Source: Eledone cirrhosa (lineage: Eukaryota). Taken from it: 64,000 nt of DNA. Below are positions 1-14,378 of the stretch, piece after piece; the first letter of the stretch is position 1, and each line of letters starts with the position of its first letter. The stretch is from NCBI GenBank assembly GCA_964016885.1, contig OZ024746.1, forward strand, positions 79,856,001 to 79,920,000, in the 5' to 3' direction. The notes below the pieces were generated by a model. That model made no database searches, was not told the DNA's origin, and was given only the letters and a program-made list of their open reading frames with translations. The translations under genes were made by a program, and so were the position numbers.

Positions 1-83
1 TATGTATGTATGTATGTATGTATGTATGTATGTATGTATGTATGTATGTATGTATGCATGTATGTATGTATGTATGTATAACC

Positions 84-478
84 CCTTAGCCTTTGTCAAG
101 GCAGAATTCTAGGAGAAGGAAAACTCTGATATAACACCTGCAGCCCTGATGGTATCCAATGATGTTGACTTGTTCTTCTTTTTGGTAAATATCATCTTGG
201 TTAAGAGAGTGGGACTGGCTTTGTGCAGTGCCTTTGCTCACTATAAAAGCTTCACGGCACAGGCATTGCTTTATATCTGGAGATCTCTCTGCACTTGTCG
301 TCACATGGTACCATGGGCCCTGCACTGTGTCAATAATTGTCATAAGTGTAGTGTTTGTACCAGAGTTTTCAAGTCGCTGGCTGGACTTAAAAGTCACACT
401 CGTTCAGCGCATCGGTAGGGGTTCTCCTACATGGATATAAAGTAGTGGCCGTACTCGAAAACGAGTTGGCAGCCACCA
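84..478 (+). mobile_element. Short non-autonomous RTE-derived element with C2H2 zinc-finger remnant and (TATG)n tail, copy 1
   Basis: 5' motif ctaggagaaggaaaactctga; CSVCTRVFKSLAGLKSHTRSAH; 3' stem-loop ctcg-aaaa-cgag; (TATG)n on both sides; highly similar inverted copy at 42209-42604. Confidence 0.75.
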
Positions 479-670
479 TGTATGTATGTATGTATGTATG
501 TATGTATGTATGTAGGTATGTATGTATATATGTATGTACGCATTAGCATGTGTGTGTATGTATGTATGTATGTATACATATGCATTTCCATATGCATATT
601 CATGTAAACATGTATGTATATGTAGGCATATTTAAATAAGTATATACTTGTCTGGGGATATAAATAAATG

Positions 671-850
671 ACTGATCACCACCTAGTTATCTGCAGCTTG
701 AGATTACCTAAAGCCAAAGACGACCACAAAAATGGCAGATCCAGGGTGACCTAAAGTTTAAAGGGGGAAGCATTGGTGGATAAGAAATCAGAACCAGGTA
801 TGTAGATAGTATTGCATCCAAATTCAGAGAACTCTTGAGCAAACGGAGTA
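671..850 (+). pseudogene. Possible end of a LINE APE endonuclease domain
   Basis: TDHHLVICSLRL at 671 resembles the terminal S/T-D-H motif of APE domains; short and interrupted by a stop. Confidence 0.35.
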
Positions 851-1046
851 ACGTTTAAACAGAGTTGAGGTCTTTCAGCTCAGCATACTAGCTTCATTTC
901 CTAAACTCGATCACAACAGCATATTCTGATGTAGACGATCTGCATCTGGGAACGGTGAATAATCTCTCGGGGACTGAGGGTACAAGGGCATTTAAGGAGC
1001 TCAAATGTCGTAAGACCGGGACATACTTGCATCCATAAATATCCAT

Positions 1047-1079
<33 letters not shown>

Positions 1080-1682
1080 CAGACACACACACACATATAT
1101 ATATATACACACACACAAATATACATATATATATATATGTGTGTGTGTGTATCTCTCTATATATATTAAGGTCGATATAAAAAGTACCAGTCTAATATTG
1201 GTATCGATTCTTCCCCTCCCCCCCCCCTCTCTCTCTCTCTCTCGCTCTCCCCTCTCTCTCTCTCTGCTTCTCTGGAAAAATTCTGATCTGGAGAGTAGAT
1301 GGGTTCCGCCAGGTTTTAAAAGATGCCCTAGAAATGCCGTATGTCAATATGGTTATGGTACCCCTACGACTCCCTCAAGAGTTATGGGTCTCTACATACT
1401 TATGATAGGTGAACGGTGAAGAAGAAGAAAAGAGGGGAAGTAATTGGTCTTATGTTCTGTAGATAATATTTTTATAGATAAATAGATATCTAGATAGTAT
1501 TTGACAGAGCAGAATGTAGGTTATGAGGTGTTGGCGATGATGATGGACATTGTATGGAAACATTGACTAATGTAGAAACCTCAACCAAACCAATTAACTT
1601 CGGCTTTAACCATTCTGATGGCTTTTTAAGCTGTTCGGATTAACGTGATTGTAAATGAATGGTTCGTGTAATGTACAGAAAT

Positions 1683-1739
<57 letters not shown>

Positions 1740-1797
1740 GCACTCCCTCTCTCTCACACACACGCACATACAGACACACACATATTTATGTATGTAT

Positions 1798-1861
<64 letters not shown>

Positions 1862-2025
1862 ACGTACATACATATATGTATACAGACGTACAGTAGTATG
1901 TATATATATACATACATGCACACGTCTGTATACATATATGTATGTACGTATACATACATGCATACGTACATTTAAGTAAGTGCCGTACTAAGAGTGAGAA
2001 ATGAAAATTCGTTTCATTCTATTCC

Positions 2026-2068
<43 letters not shown>

Positions 2069-2081
2069 GACATATATATAC

Positions 2082-2154
<73 letters not shown>

Positions 2155-2197
2155 CATATATATATGTATATATATATATATACATATATATATCTAA

Positions 2198-2641
<444 letters not shown>

Positions 2642-3892
2642 CATATATATATATACATACATATATATATATATATATGTATATATGTGTGTGAAAAAGA
2701 AAAAACTATCTTCCTCGCCGGCAATCATTGAACAATGCAATTTCGTGCATTTTAATGGCATTACATAACCCTGAGCCGAAGTTGCACGATAGTTGAAGAA
2801 ATCGACGGAAAGACGCATATGAGACAATACAACACCTAAGGTGAACCAACGGAACAAACTATATTTTTACTAGAACAATGCGAGTATATAAACAAATAAT
2901 AAGTCATGCGATTGGAAACTTAAGAGAATAAGGTGTAGAAAAGTTGTGCAAGTAGAGACTCGAACTTATATCTATAGAATTCTGAGCAAATGTATTTACT
3001 ATTATGCTAAGAGACTACTGACAACAAACACTGTCAAATTTAGGCAGCTATACTAAACAGCTTGTAGCCTAGATTTGAATGGGAACTAGTCTTATAGATT
3101 ATCGAAACACTGAAGGATTTGGAATTGTAAAAATGCTGGAATCGCAAACTGTAACAACAGCTGATTGATCACTATAAATAATAGTTTTAAAAATCGATAA
3201 GGAAAAATATGTACGTATATACTCGAGTAACAGTCGATTTCATGTAAAAATTGCTCCCCATTTTTGTCCAAAAAATCTGAAATGTTTTATTAGACCTCGT
3301 ATACAACGTCGATCCTAATATTTTACGGACAAGTCCACATTTGTGAGTCAAGGTATTATGTTATAAGAACTGAGACATTCCCTACACAAGACAGTATCCA
3401 TATTTCCCAACCCACTCTAAATATGAGTATGGGAGAGACGGACATTTTCAAGCTTCAACCGCCAATTTCGCAGCTTCTATATAAGAATAGACATTAAAAA
3501 ATATATATTATTACCTACAGCGACCACAACCCCATTACGTATTATGTCTTGTTCCGACCTCTTCCGTATACCCTTGACCTTAAATCCTCAAACAATCCCC
3601 CTAGATAACGAGATGTCGTGCATCGGAGTCTCAGGTTTCACAACATGAAATGAAAACCAAATTAATAATCAAGAAAAAACTATACTATTAAGGACATGAG
3701 CAAAACGATTACAAGATGAAGAATAAAAGAAGTCCAATTCTTACTCCATAATATAAAAATAAAGAAAATATTCAATCTATTTAGAAAAAAGCGAAATGAA
3801 TCCATGATGAAAATATAAATATGATATCAGAAAATGCTATAACAAACGACGACGCAAATGTATAAATCCCAGTGTCATTATAATTATGCAAA

Positions 3893-4085
3893 GGGCAGTG
3901 GATGGCAGTATCAGTAGAAGGTCTGACGCAATGCTTTGCAGCATATAGTTACGGCCCTTTTATGGTCTGAGTTCAAATCCCGCCAAGGTTAACTTTGCCT
4001 TTCATCCTTACGGGGCCGATAAAATAAAGTACCCGTAATGCACTGGGATAATTGCTGGCTTTGTGCCAAAAGTAGAAACAATTAT
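3893..4085 (+). mobile_element. tRNA-derived SINE family 1 (Meta/MESC-like body), full copy
   Basis: A-box-like tggcagtatcagt, B box gagttcaaatcc, body gcctttcatccttacgggg.cgataaaataaagtacc, AAT tail; TSD-like attataattatg on both sides. Confidence 0.85.
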
Positions 4086-4424
4086 AATTATGAAATAAAC
4101 ATGATATACACACTCGTGTGCAAAAGATATTTAAGATTAAATAAAATACTAAGCTATTAAAGAAAAGAGCGAAACGATTACAAGATGAAGAATACAAGAA
4201 GTTTAGTTCTTATTCCATAAACTATAAACCAAAATAAGAATAAAGAAAATGCCTCAATTAATTAAGAAATAAGCGAAATAAATTCATGATGAAAATATAA
4301 ATATGATATCAGAAAAAACTATAACTAAAGGTGAAGGAAAAGGTATATATATGTGTATATGAATCTAATACCAACACTGTTCGTACTGCACTCCTTGATT
4401 TTGTTTTGTTCTTTGCCAATATAC

Positions 4425-4533
<109 letters not shown>

Positions 4534-4650
4534 CGTGTGTGTGTGTGTGTGTGTGCGTGTGTGTGTAAAAGGTAAACAGAAATAACAACACAATCGTTAC
4601 AGTACATGGAAGGAATATATTAGTTTAATGCTTGAAATACCAGGAAGAAG

Positions 4651-4690
4651 GTTTAAACGTTTCGGACGCTAGTCCTTCATCAGAAGAAAG
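4651..4690 (-). ncRNA. Short-stem-III hammerhead ribozyme, family C
   Basis: Minus strand TCTT-CTGATGA-A-GGAC-TAGC-GTCC-GAAA-CGTT; stem I is degenerate in this copy. Confidence 0.65.
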
Positions 4691-4848
4691 GATAAGAAAT
4701 AAGATAGATAGAAGGGACGGGCGGGGTGCAGAATGCTGGCGGTAAAAACCAGTTAGACCAATACTCACCAGTATACTCGATACTAGGGGTAGTAGAGTGG
4801 GATCTAGCTGTTGAAACGGCCGGAACTCAGCCGTTGGGATCCCGAATT

Positions 4849-4886
<38 letters not shown>

Positions 4887-4895
4887 GTATGTATC

Positions 4896-5049
<154 letters not shown>

Positions 5050-5058
5050 CATAGATAC

Positions 5059-5096
<38 letters not shown>

Positions 5097-6089
5097 GTGG
5101 GTGAGAGATAGGGAGAGAAATACAGAGAGTCATATATATGATATTTATATATGCATACATGCACAAACATGATCATGAATACTATTTTTTGTTATATTAT
5201 TGCCGTTATTTCTCTTGTATCTGCATGTAATTAAATTCATCAACAGGTCAATGAACCCAAATTTTTAATGTAGTTTATTGCTAATTAAAGTGGTGGAAGG
5301 AAAATGTTTCATCTATAAAATATCAGGATTCCTGCATTTCTGAAGGCCAAATGTTTGTCTAGATTTTACTAATAAGAACTTTTACAGGCCTAGTTATATG
5401 TTTCTCTATACCACATATACGGTGGTCCATTTGATACAGTCATTAGAGCGTTAGATATCTGTTCGTTGACTCTTTGTTCTGACTTCAAATCCCACCAAGG
5501 TCCACTTCGCCTTTTATTCTTTCGGGGTCAATAAAGTACCAACTCAATGATAGTGCAGCCGTCTCCACTTCCAGCTATCGCGTCCTGTATATTCTTCTGA
5601 ATCAAGAGAAAGCTAGCACAGATCATGCCTGTGTCTGAAACCCTTAGCGAAAGCATGTTACATGCTACCAACTCATACTCTATTGTGAATGATAGCTGTC
5701 GTAGTTTAGATACGGCATATATTCGTAGGCGCAGTATTTTTGAATGGTTAAGTTCACTTCGAAATCACAAGGTCCATATAAGTACCTCATAGCGTGGTGT
5801 CTAGTTCAAGACACCGCAACTTCATTCGATCTGAAACTATAGTAACCAGAATCTGCGAATCAACCGAAGCTTTGAGTAAAATTCAGTGGATGAACACTAC
5901 GTGAGCCTGCTCGATCGACTGTACCTGTAATTGAAAGATCAAATCCTGTTACGTTTGATTTTATCTGAGGAATACGTTAAATGTACAGTTGTCGGTGAAA
6001 TACTCAGTCATATACATGCTAATCAAATACTCAAGTAGATTAGTTGATTAGACAAATAAATACTAATCGTCGAAACCGACACAGTCTTA

Positions 6090-6862
6090 TCTATACATAT
6101 ATATAAAACTGAAGTTGTCTGTGTGTGTGTATATGTGTCCTAATTTTGGCAAAGTCTATACAAATCCACATTTCTACTCCGATTGAAATCAAACTTGCAT
6201 TTATATATTCCTTGTGGTCTAAAGATATTAACTGCAGTTTTTATTTTTCAATTTTCTGCTGTTAAAGGCCTTTTTTTCACTAAAACTTTAAGCCCTTTTT
6301 TGTCAGTTAGTTCGGAAATTTTGTCTACAATGTTCAGGAGAGACAACTCTTTAGTATTTTGAAAGATTTACCCCTCTTTATAGACTATATTATCCCTACT
6401 TAAACGTACATCCTTGAAATTGTTGATGGTGACCACAATAGTAATTTAGAAGCGTTCGGCATCCGATATAACATCCGATATATCAGATTGGGTAGGTTTT
6501 TGTAACCTTAAAAGTATCCAACTAAATTCCTTCATGCTCTCCGCCACTGCAGTCCCACATACTTACTGCTCTGTAACTATTGCTTTCATTGTACCATAGC
6601 ACAACAAATACATGTTCGGTTTGTCGAATGCCTTTTTACTTAACCCTATCGTCTTGACTTTCGTGGGTTGAACATTTTACTCTCAGGCACTGAATTAAGT
6701 TAAACCCCTGGTAATCTATGACGAATTTTTTTTATAAGCACAAAATGTAGACATCATTCCTAGGCCGAGGTATTCCGTACTTCTCTGTACTGTTTCAGAA
6801 AGGATGGATAAACATGCCAATCTATGTTTAGAATCCCGAGCAAAGCCGGGCCATTCTGCTAG
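6090..6862 (+). mobile_element. Non-autonomous Helitron-like element
   Basis: A|TC 5' end (tctatacatatatataaaac plus a GT microsatellite), subterminal hairpin cccgagcaaagccggg, CTAG|T 3' end, no TSD. Confidence 0.7.
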
Positions 6863-8107
6863 TGTTACATATTGCTGAAAATAAAACATTTTGTTCTCAA
6901 CATATTTAATTTCAACATCGAGCTGGTTGTGTATAGTGTCAGATTTCATACACCTTATACACTCCCTGATTTATGATAATACCATTTCTCTTTCCGTGGT
7001 TTCCAATTTGTAAAGTTTGAGACTTTGACAGTGAAGATCTCGTAAATATGTTTTCATTACTTTACTGAATCATTCTTTCCTAATCTTTTGTTTGAATATT
7101 TCATTCGTAACTGTGAATATTTGAATTCACTCATACCAGTTTATTTGTTCCTCGAATGAGGGTGGAGGCAAATTATGAGTAACAAGCAGCAAATTGGTAG
7201 AAGCGTCAGAGCATCAGATGAAATGATCTGTGGCATTTTTTCCCAAACTTTACGTTCTGAGTTCAAATCCCAACGTTGCCAACATGGTGAATAAAGAAGA
7301 CTTCATTTATCGCCTGGTTTAACCCTTATCGTCTGTCCTAAGGAGACCACGTTGCAATCATGCGAAGGGTGGTTTATTCTACGGGTGTCTGGTCATTCTC
7401 TGCGGTAAAGCTTTTGCCGTTTTGTCCGCGGGGCACGACTGAGGCACTACTTGGACTGGGGTGTAGTGACTGTCGCTCCCCCTCTCTTTTTATTTCGTTG
7501 CTTGATCCGAAATAAAGTTCATCGGAAGGGTTTGGGGGTATAACGTTACTCGATTAAGAAATCACAGCTCTGACCCAACGGACATGGGGTTAGAATATCT
7601 AAGGAAAGAATCACTGGACAGATTTTATGGGCAAAATCCTTCCGAGGTCGATAAAATAAAGTACCATTCAAGTATACAAATTGGAGTAGCTATCCATTTA
7701 TTGTGAGACTATATACGTGTGTGCGTGTGTGTTTTGTATATAGGTTATCGATTTCCAACGAATCAGAATCGAAGGCGATATATTGGCGGGCTAAGTGTTA
7801 TGCTGGTACGGTATATTTCGTACGAAATGCTGTAAACAATTTAGTCCATTACCTCATTGTTTCCTCCACCAAGCCACTTTACAGATCATTATACATGATT
7901 AATGGAAATGTTTTGTATCAATATGAATTATTATAGAAATCTGTTTGTTTTCTATGTTTACATGGGTGGCGTATTCATCAGGTTATCACTTTTTTCTGCC
8001 AGTTTTTATTGATATAAAGCTAGTAGGTCACTGCGATTTATTTCTCAGGTGATTTCTTTTCAGCAATAAAGCACCCTATGTAAATTCTTGTTCGATGCTT
8101 CTTTCTC

Positions 8108-8180
<73 letters not shown>

Positions 8181-9045
8181 GGTGTGTGTGGGGGGGGGGG
8201 TATATATCGTATACATACATACATACATACATACATACATACATACATACATACATACATACACATATATATAAACGAAGATCGTTGGTATAAATACAGC
8301 GTCTATCTCACTCAACAAATTAAGTGAATTGCAGTTATATAGCTGCAATCAACTGTTCAGAGTGCACACATTTAGTTTTACTGTAGAGCGTTGGGTGTGT
8401 TTTTAATTAGAGATGGATGTTAAAATGGAGGTTCTGCATATATATATATATATAAATGCAGAACCTCAGGTGTAAGCCGCCTCATGATCGCTGGAAGAAT
8501 GGAGAAATCATTATCCCGGAGGAGATAATGAAGGAGAATAGTTGAAAGAGTAATTTCAATTCAAGAGGCCTTATTGCTGCAGATCCCCAACTGTGCAAGA
8601 TATCTGAGATTAGGGAAGTGGTTCATTGACCAAAACTGCCCAACGTCTACACCGCTAAAGGACCAACGATAAATGCATTGGAAAGCCCTGCGATCAGTTT
8701 GTCTGGCAATGAAACCTGGGTCTCTTGCCGAATGAACCAGGTTGCTTCAAAAAAATCTCGTTGTTTCATACCCCAGCTCAGGAGCTGGCGACCTTAGAGC
8801 GGGAAGATTGTGTTGTTGTTGAAAGCGATGGGTTGACGGAATCTATAGAACGTGGAAACAATCCCATGCGTTATTTTCTTCCTGCTAAGTTCAAATCCCA
8901 CCGAGGTTAACATCTCTTTCATCTTCTCGGGATCAATAAAATAAGCTACAAGTCAAGTATTGGGGTTTATTTTATCAACTAACTTCCACAAAAAAGAAAA
9001 TGATTATGTGCTTATGCTAGAAACAATTGTTGTAGTTGTTGTTGT

Positions 9046-9066
9046 TACTACTACTACTACTGTTAT

Positions 9067-9114
<48 letters not shown>

Positions 9115-9237
9115 CACCACCATCACCATTACTACTACTACTACCTCCATCACCACTACTACTACCTTCATCACCACTACTACTACTACTACTACCACCA
9201 CCACCACCATCACCATCACTACTACTACTACCTCCAT

Positions 9238-9291
<54 letters not shown>

Positions 9292-9294
9292 CAT

Positions 9295-9330
<36 letters not shown>

Positions 9331-9352
9331 CACTATTACCACCATCACCACC

Positions 9353-9392
<40 letters not shown>

Positions 9393-9405
9393 ATACTACT
9401 ACTAC

Positions 9406-9469
<64 letters not shown>

Positions 9470-9535
9470 GTTGCTGCTGCTGTTGCTACAATTGTTGTTA
9501 TCGTGGGTGTTACTGCAACTACTACTACAACTACT

Positions 9536-9571
<36 letters not shown>

Positions 9572-9572
9572 A
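9046..9572. repeat. (ACT/ACC)n then (GTT)n trinucleotide microsatellite
   Basis: Read directly from the sequence. Confidence 0.95.
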
Positions 9573-10646
9573 TGGATGTCGTTGTTTACAGCATGTTTTA
9601 CCCATCAATGCATTCTCAGTGTGAATCAATATTATGATATCAGTAAGGTCGCCTTGCTTTGTCTATTCTTGTGTTGAGTTACATACAGGTAGTCGGTAGT
9701 TCCGTTGTCTAGTGACTATATCAAACAGAAAAATAGTAAGGTCGGCCAGGTGAAGAAATAGGCCAGAGATCGGGGTTATTTCCTCTCTGACGAAAACCCC
9801 TAATCACTTTCTTCAACTACTACTTAATGCTTAATTTCCCATGAAACTCTTAAGTCATAAGCAAGAGAGTGAAGGGTAGGATTCGGGGCTTTTGTGCATT
9901 TTCATAAGACTATTATCGCAAGTTAAGCTGTTTCAATCTGGCGGAACAAAGAAGAAATTATCTAGTGTGTAGGAGAATGTCGAAATAATGAGCAAGATGG
10001 TGGAAACATATTAATCTAACCTAATGTTCTTTTGCTACAGCATCTTCAAAGGATTGGAAATTAATTTACTCACAATTAATTACCAAATTTCGGAGCTTTC
10101 ATCATATCACACGTTAAATTCTTGCTTTTGAAATATTACGTTGTTTTTTTTTTGTTTGTTTGTTTGTTTGTTATTGGTTTTGGTTTTGTGTTTGGTTTTG
10201 TTCTTTCTCGCCTTTGCTTTCGCTACAACTGCAAACAGTATTATCAACAGCAACACTGTTACCATCACCAACACTATCCCTATCTTCAGAAAACACCATC
10301 CCCACCAACAACACTATCACATCACTGACAGCAATACTATCACTATCTATGCTAACAGTATCAGCATCACCAACAACAACGCTATCACTGACATCAACAC
10401 ATCAATATTATCTGTACCACCAGCAATAACAACACTATCACTGATATTAACACTATTACCATCTTTATCAACATTATTTGCACCACTAACAATACCTTTT
10501 TCATCGACATAAATATTATCACCTCCTTCACAAACATTATCATCAATAATAACAACAATATTACCATTACCAACATTATCACAACCAAAACCTCTATCAC
10601 CGTCAACAAATCTATCCTTACAAACATTATTTTCACCATTAGTTGC

Positions 10647-10780
10647 GACCCTTTTACGTTCTGAGTTCAAATCCCGCCAAGGATAACTTTGTCTTTCATC
10701 CTTACGGGGTCGATAAAATAAAGTACCAGTAATGCACTGGGATAATTGCTGGCCTTGTGCCAAAAGCAGAAACAATTATT
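10647..10780 (+). mobile_element. SINE family 1, 5'-truncated
   Basis: Runs from B box to tail. Confidence 0.8.
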
Positions 10781-10915
10781 ATCACCATTAACACTATCAA
10801 CACTAACATTAACCCCCAGTCTTTATCCAGCAACAAATAAACATCATTCTTACCAACACCATCATCATATTCCACCTTTTTATTGACTTTGTCGTCGTCG
10901 CCACATCATCATCAA

Positions 10916-10947
<32 letters not shown>

Positions 10948-10954
10948 ACATCAT

Positions 10955-10987
<33 letters not shown>

Positions 10988-11087
10988 CATCGTCGTCACC
11001 ATCATCATCATCAACATCAACATCATCATCATCATCATCATTATCGTTTAGCTCAACGTTCTAATGATCTGCTAACCCACTGACCTA

Positions 11088-11800
11088 TAACGGTTTCTGG
11101 TTTAGGCACAAGGCCAACAAATTCCTGGGAGAGGAAAGTCGATTAAATCGACCCCAGTACGTTACTGGTACTTTATTCTATCGACCCCAAAAAGGATGAA
11201 AGTCAAAGCAATAACTTCGGCGGGATTTGACCTCAGAAAGTAAAGAACCAGAAAAATGCTGCTGTGCATTTGTTGAACGCCAATTCTGTGTGACTGGTAA
11301 TAATTGTTTCTACTTTTGGAACAAGGCCAGCAAAGACCCAGTACATTACTGGTACTTTATTTTATCGACCCGTAAGGATGAAAGTAAAAGTTAACCACAA
11401 CGTGATTTGAACTCAGACCATAAAGGGACGCATGGCGTCCGACCCTCTACCGATACTGCCAATTCACCATAATAATTGTTTCTACTTTTGGCACAAGGCC
11501 AGCAATTACACAATACATTACTGGTACTTTATTCTATCGACCCCGGAAGGATGAAAGGCAAAGTTAACCTCGGCGGGTTTTGAACTCAGATCACCATAAT
11601 AATGATTTCAGATTTAGGCAGAAGGCCAGCAATTTTAGAGGAGGAGAATGTCGATAAAATCGACCCCAGTACGTTACTGGTAGTTTGTTTTATCAACCCC
11701 AGAAATGTGGAAAGGCAAAGTTGACTTCGGCGGGATATGAACTCAGAACGTAAAAGGACAACTAAATGTTTGAAAGCCTTCTACCCGACGCTATCATCTG
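11088..11800 (-). mobile_element. Head-to-tail array of four SINE family 1 copies
   Basis: Repeated units start near 11088, 11298, 11470 and 11597. Confidence 0.85.
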
Positions 11801-12682
11801 GTAACCCTCCGTCCAATAATAACAACAATAACCCAACCACCACCACCACCACGACCACCACCACCACCACAACCACCACAACCACCACCGCCACCACCAC
11901 CACCAGCACCGCCACCACCACAACCACCACCGCCACCACCACCACCACCGGCACGACGACGACGACCACCACCACCACCACCACCACCACCAACCATAAA
12001 ACCAACAACAATAATTGCCAGGAGACATGGCAACAGATATGATTTGTATCAACAACTACAACAACAACAAGAATAACAACAACACCAACAATAATAATTA
12101 CCAGTAGCCGCAAAAATAGCAACAACAACAATAATAATAATTACCAGGAGACACAACTACCATAATTAGCATCAAGTACAACAACAATAGCAACAACAAC
12201 AACCATACTTAGCATAAAAAATCTGCAACAGCTAAAACAACGACAATAACACCAGCAAGAACAATAATTACCAACAGCCACAACAATAACAACAACCACT
12301 TTTAGCACCAACACCAACACCAACAACAACAACAACATCAACAAAGGCAACAATAATAATTAGTTTCAGCAACGACAACAACAACAGCAGCAGGAATAAT
12401 AATTAGCAACAGCATCATTAGCAGTAATGCTAATTAGCATTGACAATAACAGCAACAATTAACACCAATAACATCAGCAAGAATTACTACTACTACTACT
12501 ACTGCTACTACTACTACTACTACTACTACTGCTACTACTACTACTACTACTACTACTGCTACTACTATTACTACTACAACTGCTACTGTTGCTGCTACTA
12601 CTACTACTACTACTACTGTGCTACTACTACTACTCCTACCACCACTGCTGCTGCTACTACTACTAATACTATTACTACTCCA

Positions 12683-12730
<48 letters not shown>

Positions 12731-12974
12731 GCTACTAGTACTACGAATGTAACTAAAAACAAATTAAAACATTACTAAGCATGCAATAAAAATGCTATTA
12801 AAATAATTAAATAAATGAGAGGGGGGGGGGGGTGAACTAGTAAAAAGTAAAAGAAATAAAGAGAAATAACTAGATATATATAGAGAGAAAGTAAGGGGGC
12901 AGATAAAGAAGGAGAGAAAGAGAGAACAAGATATAGGGAGCCAAACTGGTGAGTGAAAAACAGAGAGGGATATC

Positions 12975-13208
12975 TATCTAGGGCGGGTAAAATCCACGAG
13001 ATCCATGGACGAGTTCTCTCCAGCGGTCTTTGTCCCTCATTATCGCTGCCATGTCCTGCGTCTCCAACAGACCAGTGTCTGTCCTTAGGGAATCAACATA
13101 CGTTAACTTTGGTCTTCCTCTTCCAGTGTGTCCATGTAGGGGCTCCCGCGGGAGCACTGAGTGCAATGTCAAATCTGGATGTCGGGGAGCATGTCCAGCT
13201 ACCCTCAG
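12975..13208 (-). pseudogene. 3' end of an RTE/RTEX-like LINE ORF
   Basis: LRVAGHAPRH...REPLHGHTGRGRPKLTYVDSLRTDTGL...MRDKDRWR-stop, followed by a short TAGA-type tail. Confidence 0.7.
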
Positions 13209-13241
<33 letters not shown>

Positions 13242-13484
13242 CGGGATAACAAATTATTGTTATAGGTAGTCCACTTATATGTGGTCCAGTTAGGGTACTC
13301 CGTGTAGTGGATAGTATTAACGCTTGGCTAAGTTTGACTCAACAACACGTTTCCATAGTGATGCTGCGAGTACGCGGTGATTTCTATGTAGTTTACACTT
13401 TATCAGTATACTCTATGTCTTACTTAGATTGATGTTGTGATTATTTTAACTATTTACGGTCTAGCTAATTTATTGTAGTATTGC

Positions 13485-13668
13485 TAGGTGGATTGGCAGT
13501 ATCGGTAGAGGGTCGGACGCCATGCTTTCAAGCATAGTTACGTCCCTTTACGATCTGAGTTCAAATCCCGCCGAGGTTGACTTTGCCTTTCATCCTTACG
13601 GGGTCGATAAAATAAAGTACCAGTAATGCACTGGGTAATTGCTGGCCTTGTGCCTAAAGTAGAAACAA
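13485..13668 (+). mobile_element. SINE family 1
   Basis: Near full-length match to the other copies. Confidence 0.85.
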
Positions 13669-13922
13669 GTATTGCTAGTATTGTTAGTATTGTTATTATT
13701 GTTCTGATTTAATGCCACTACTCTATATAGAAGCCATGCCTGTATATTTCCTTCATTCTCGCATGCTCTGATGAATTGACTGGTTATAACACAGTATTGG
13801 TGATCGATTGACGCAAAAACAGGCGGGTAACGATCTCTAGACCTACCAGTTCAGAGAAACAATTGTCAGCAATGTGAATAAAGCCCTTATTGTATAGCAA
13901 ACCATGTCACTCTTCTTTCTTG

Positions 13923-13969
<47 letters not shown>

Positions 13970-14152
13970 AATGGTAAAAGCGGAAGTGAATTAAGCTAAA
14001 TAAAGAGAGAGACAGAGAACTAGATGAGATATGTAAATAAAACACATATCCATCCATCTACTTTTATTAATAAAAACAATAAAAACAAAAATAACAGCAG
14101 CAACTCTCCCCACTAACACAAATACTCCCACCACCACTATCACCACCATCAA

Positions 14153-14378
14153 CTATAATGGTTTCTTATATAGGCACAAGGCCAGCAATTTTGGCGGGAG
14201 GGGAAAGTCGATTAAATCGACGCCAGTGCATTACTGGTACTTTATTTTATCGACCTCGTAAAGATGAAAGGCAAAGTTAAACTCGGCAGGATTTGAACTC
14301 AGATCATAAAGGGCCGTAACTCTATGCTGCAAAGCATGGCGTCAGACCCTCTACCTATACTGCCAATCCACTGCCCTA
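14153..14378 (-). mobile_element. SINE family 1, long variant
   Basis: Includes the internal gtcgattaaatcgac palindrome. Confidence 0.85.

Noticed and set aside
149-418. ORF with a C2H2 zinc finger as a host zinc-finger gene exon
   Set aside because: It lies in a multi-copy element with a LINE-type 3' hairpin and microsatellite tail, and other copies are frameshifted or degenerate.
3212-3315. cgtatatactcgagtaa resembling a pogo/Tc2-type terminal inverted repeat
   Set aside because: No matching second terminus or transposase was seen.
11088-11800. Regularly repeated units resembling a CRISPR array or satellite
   Set aside because: The units are diverged copies of a dispersed tRNA-SINE; there are no short identical repeats with unique spacers and no cas genes.
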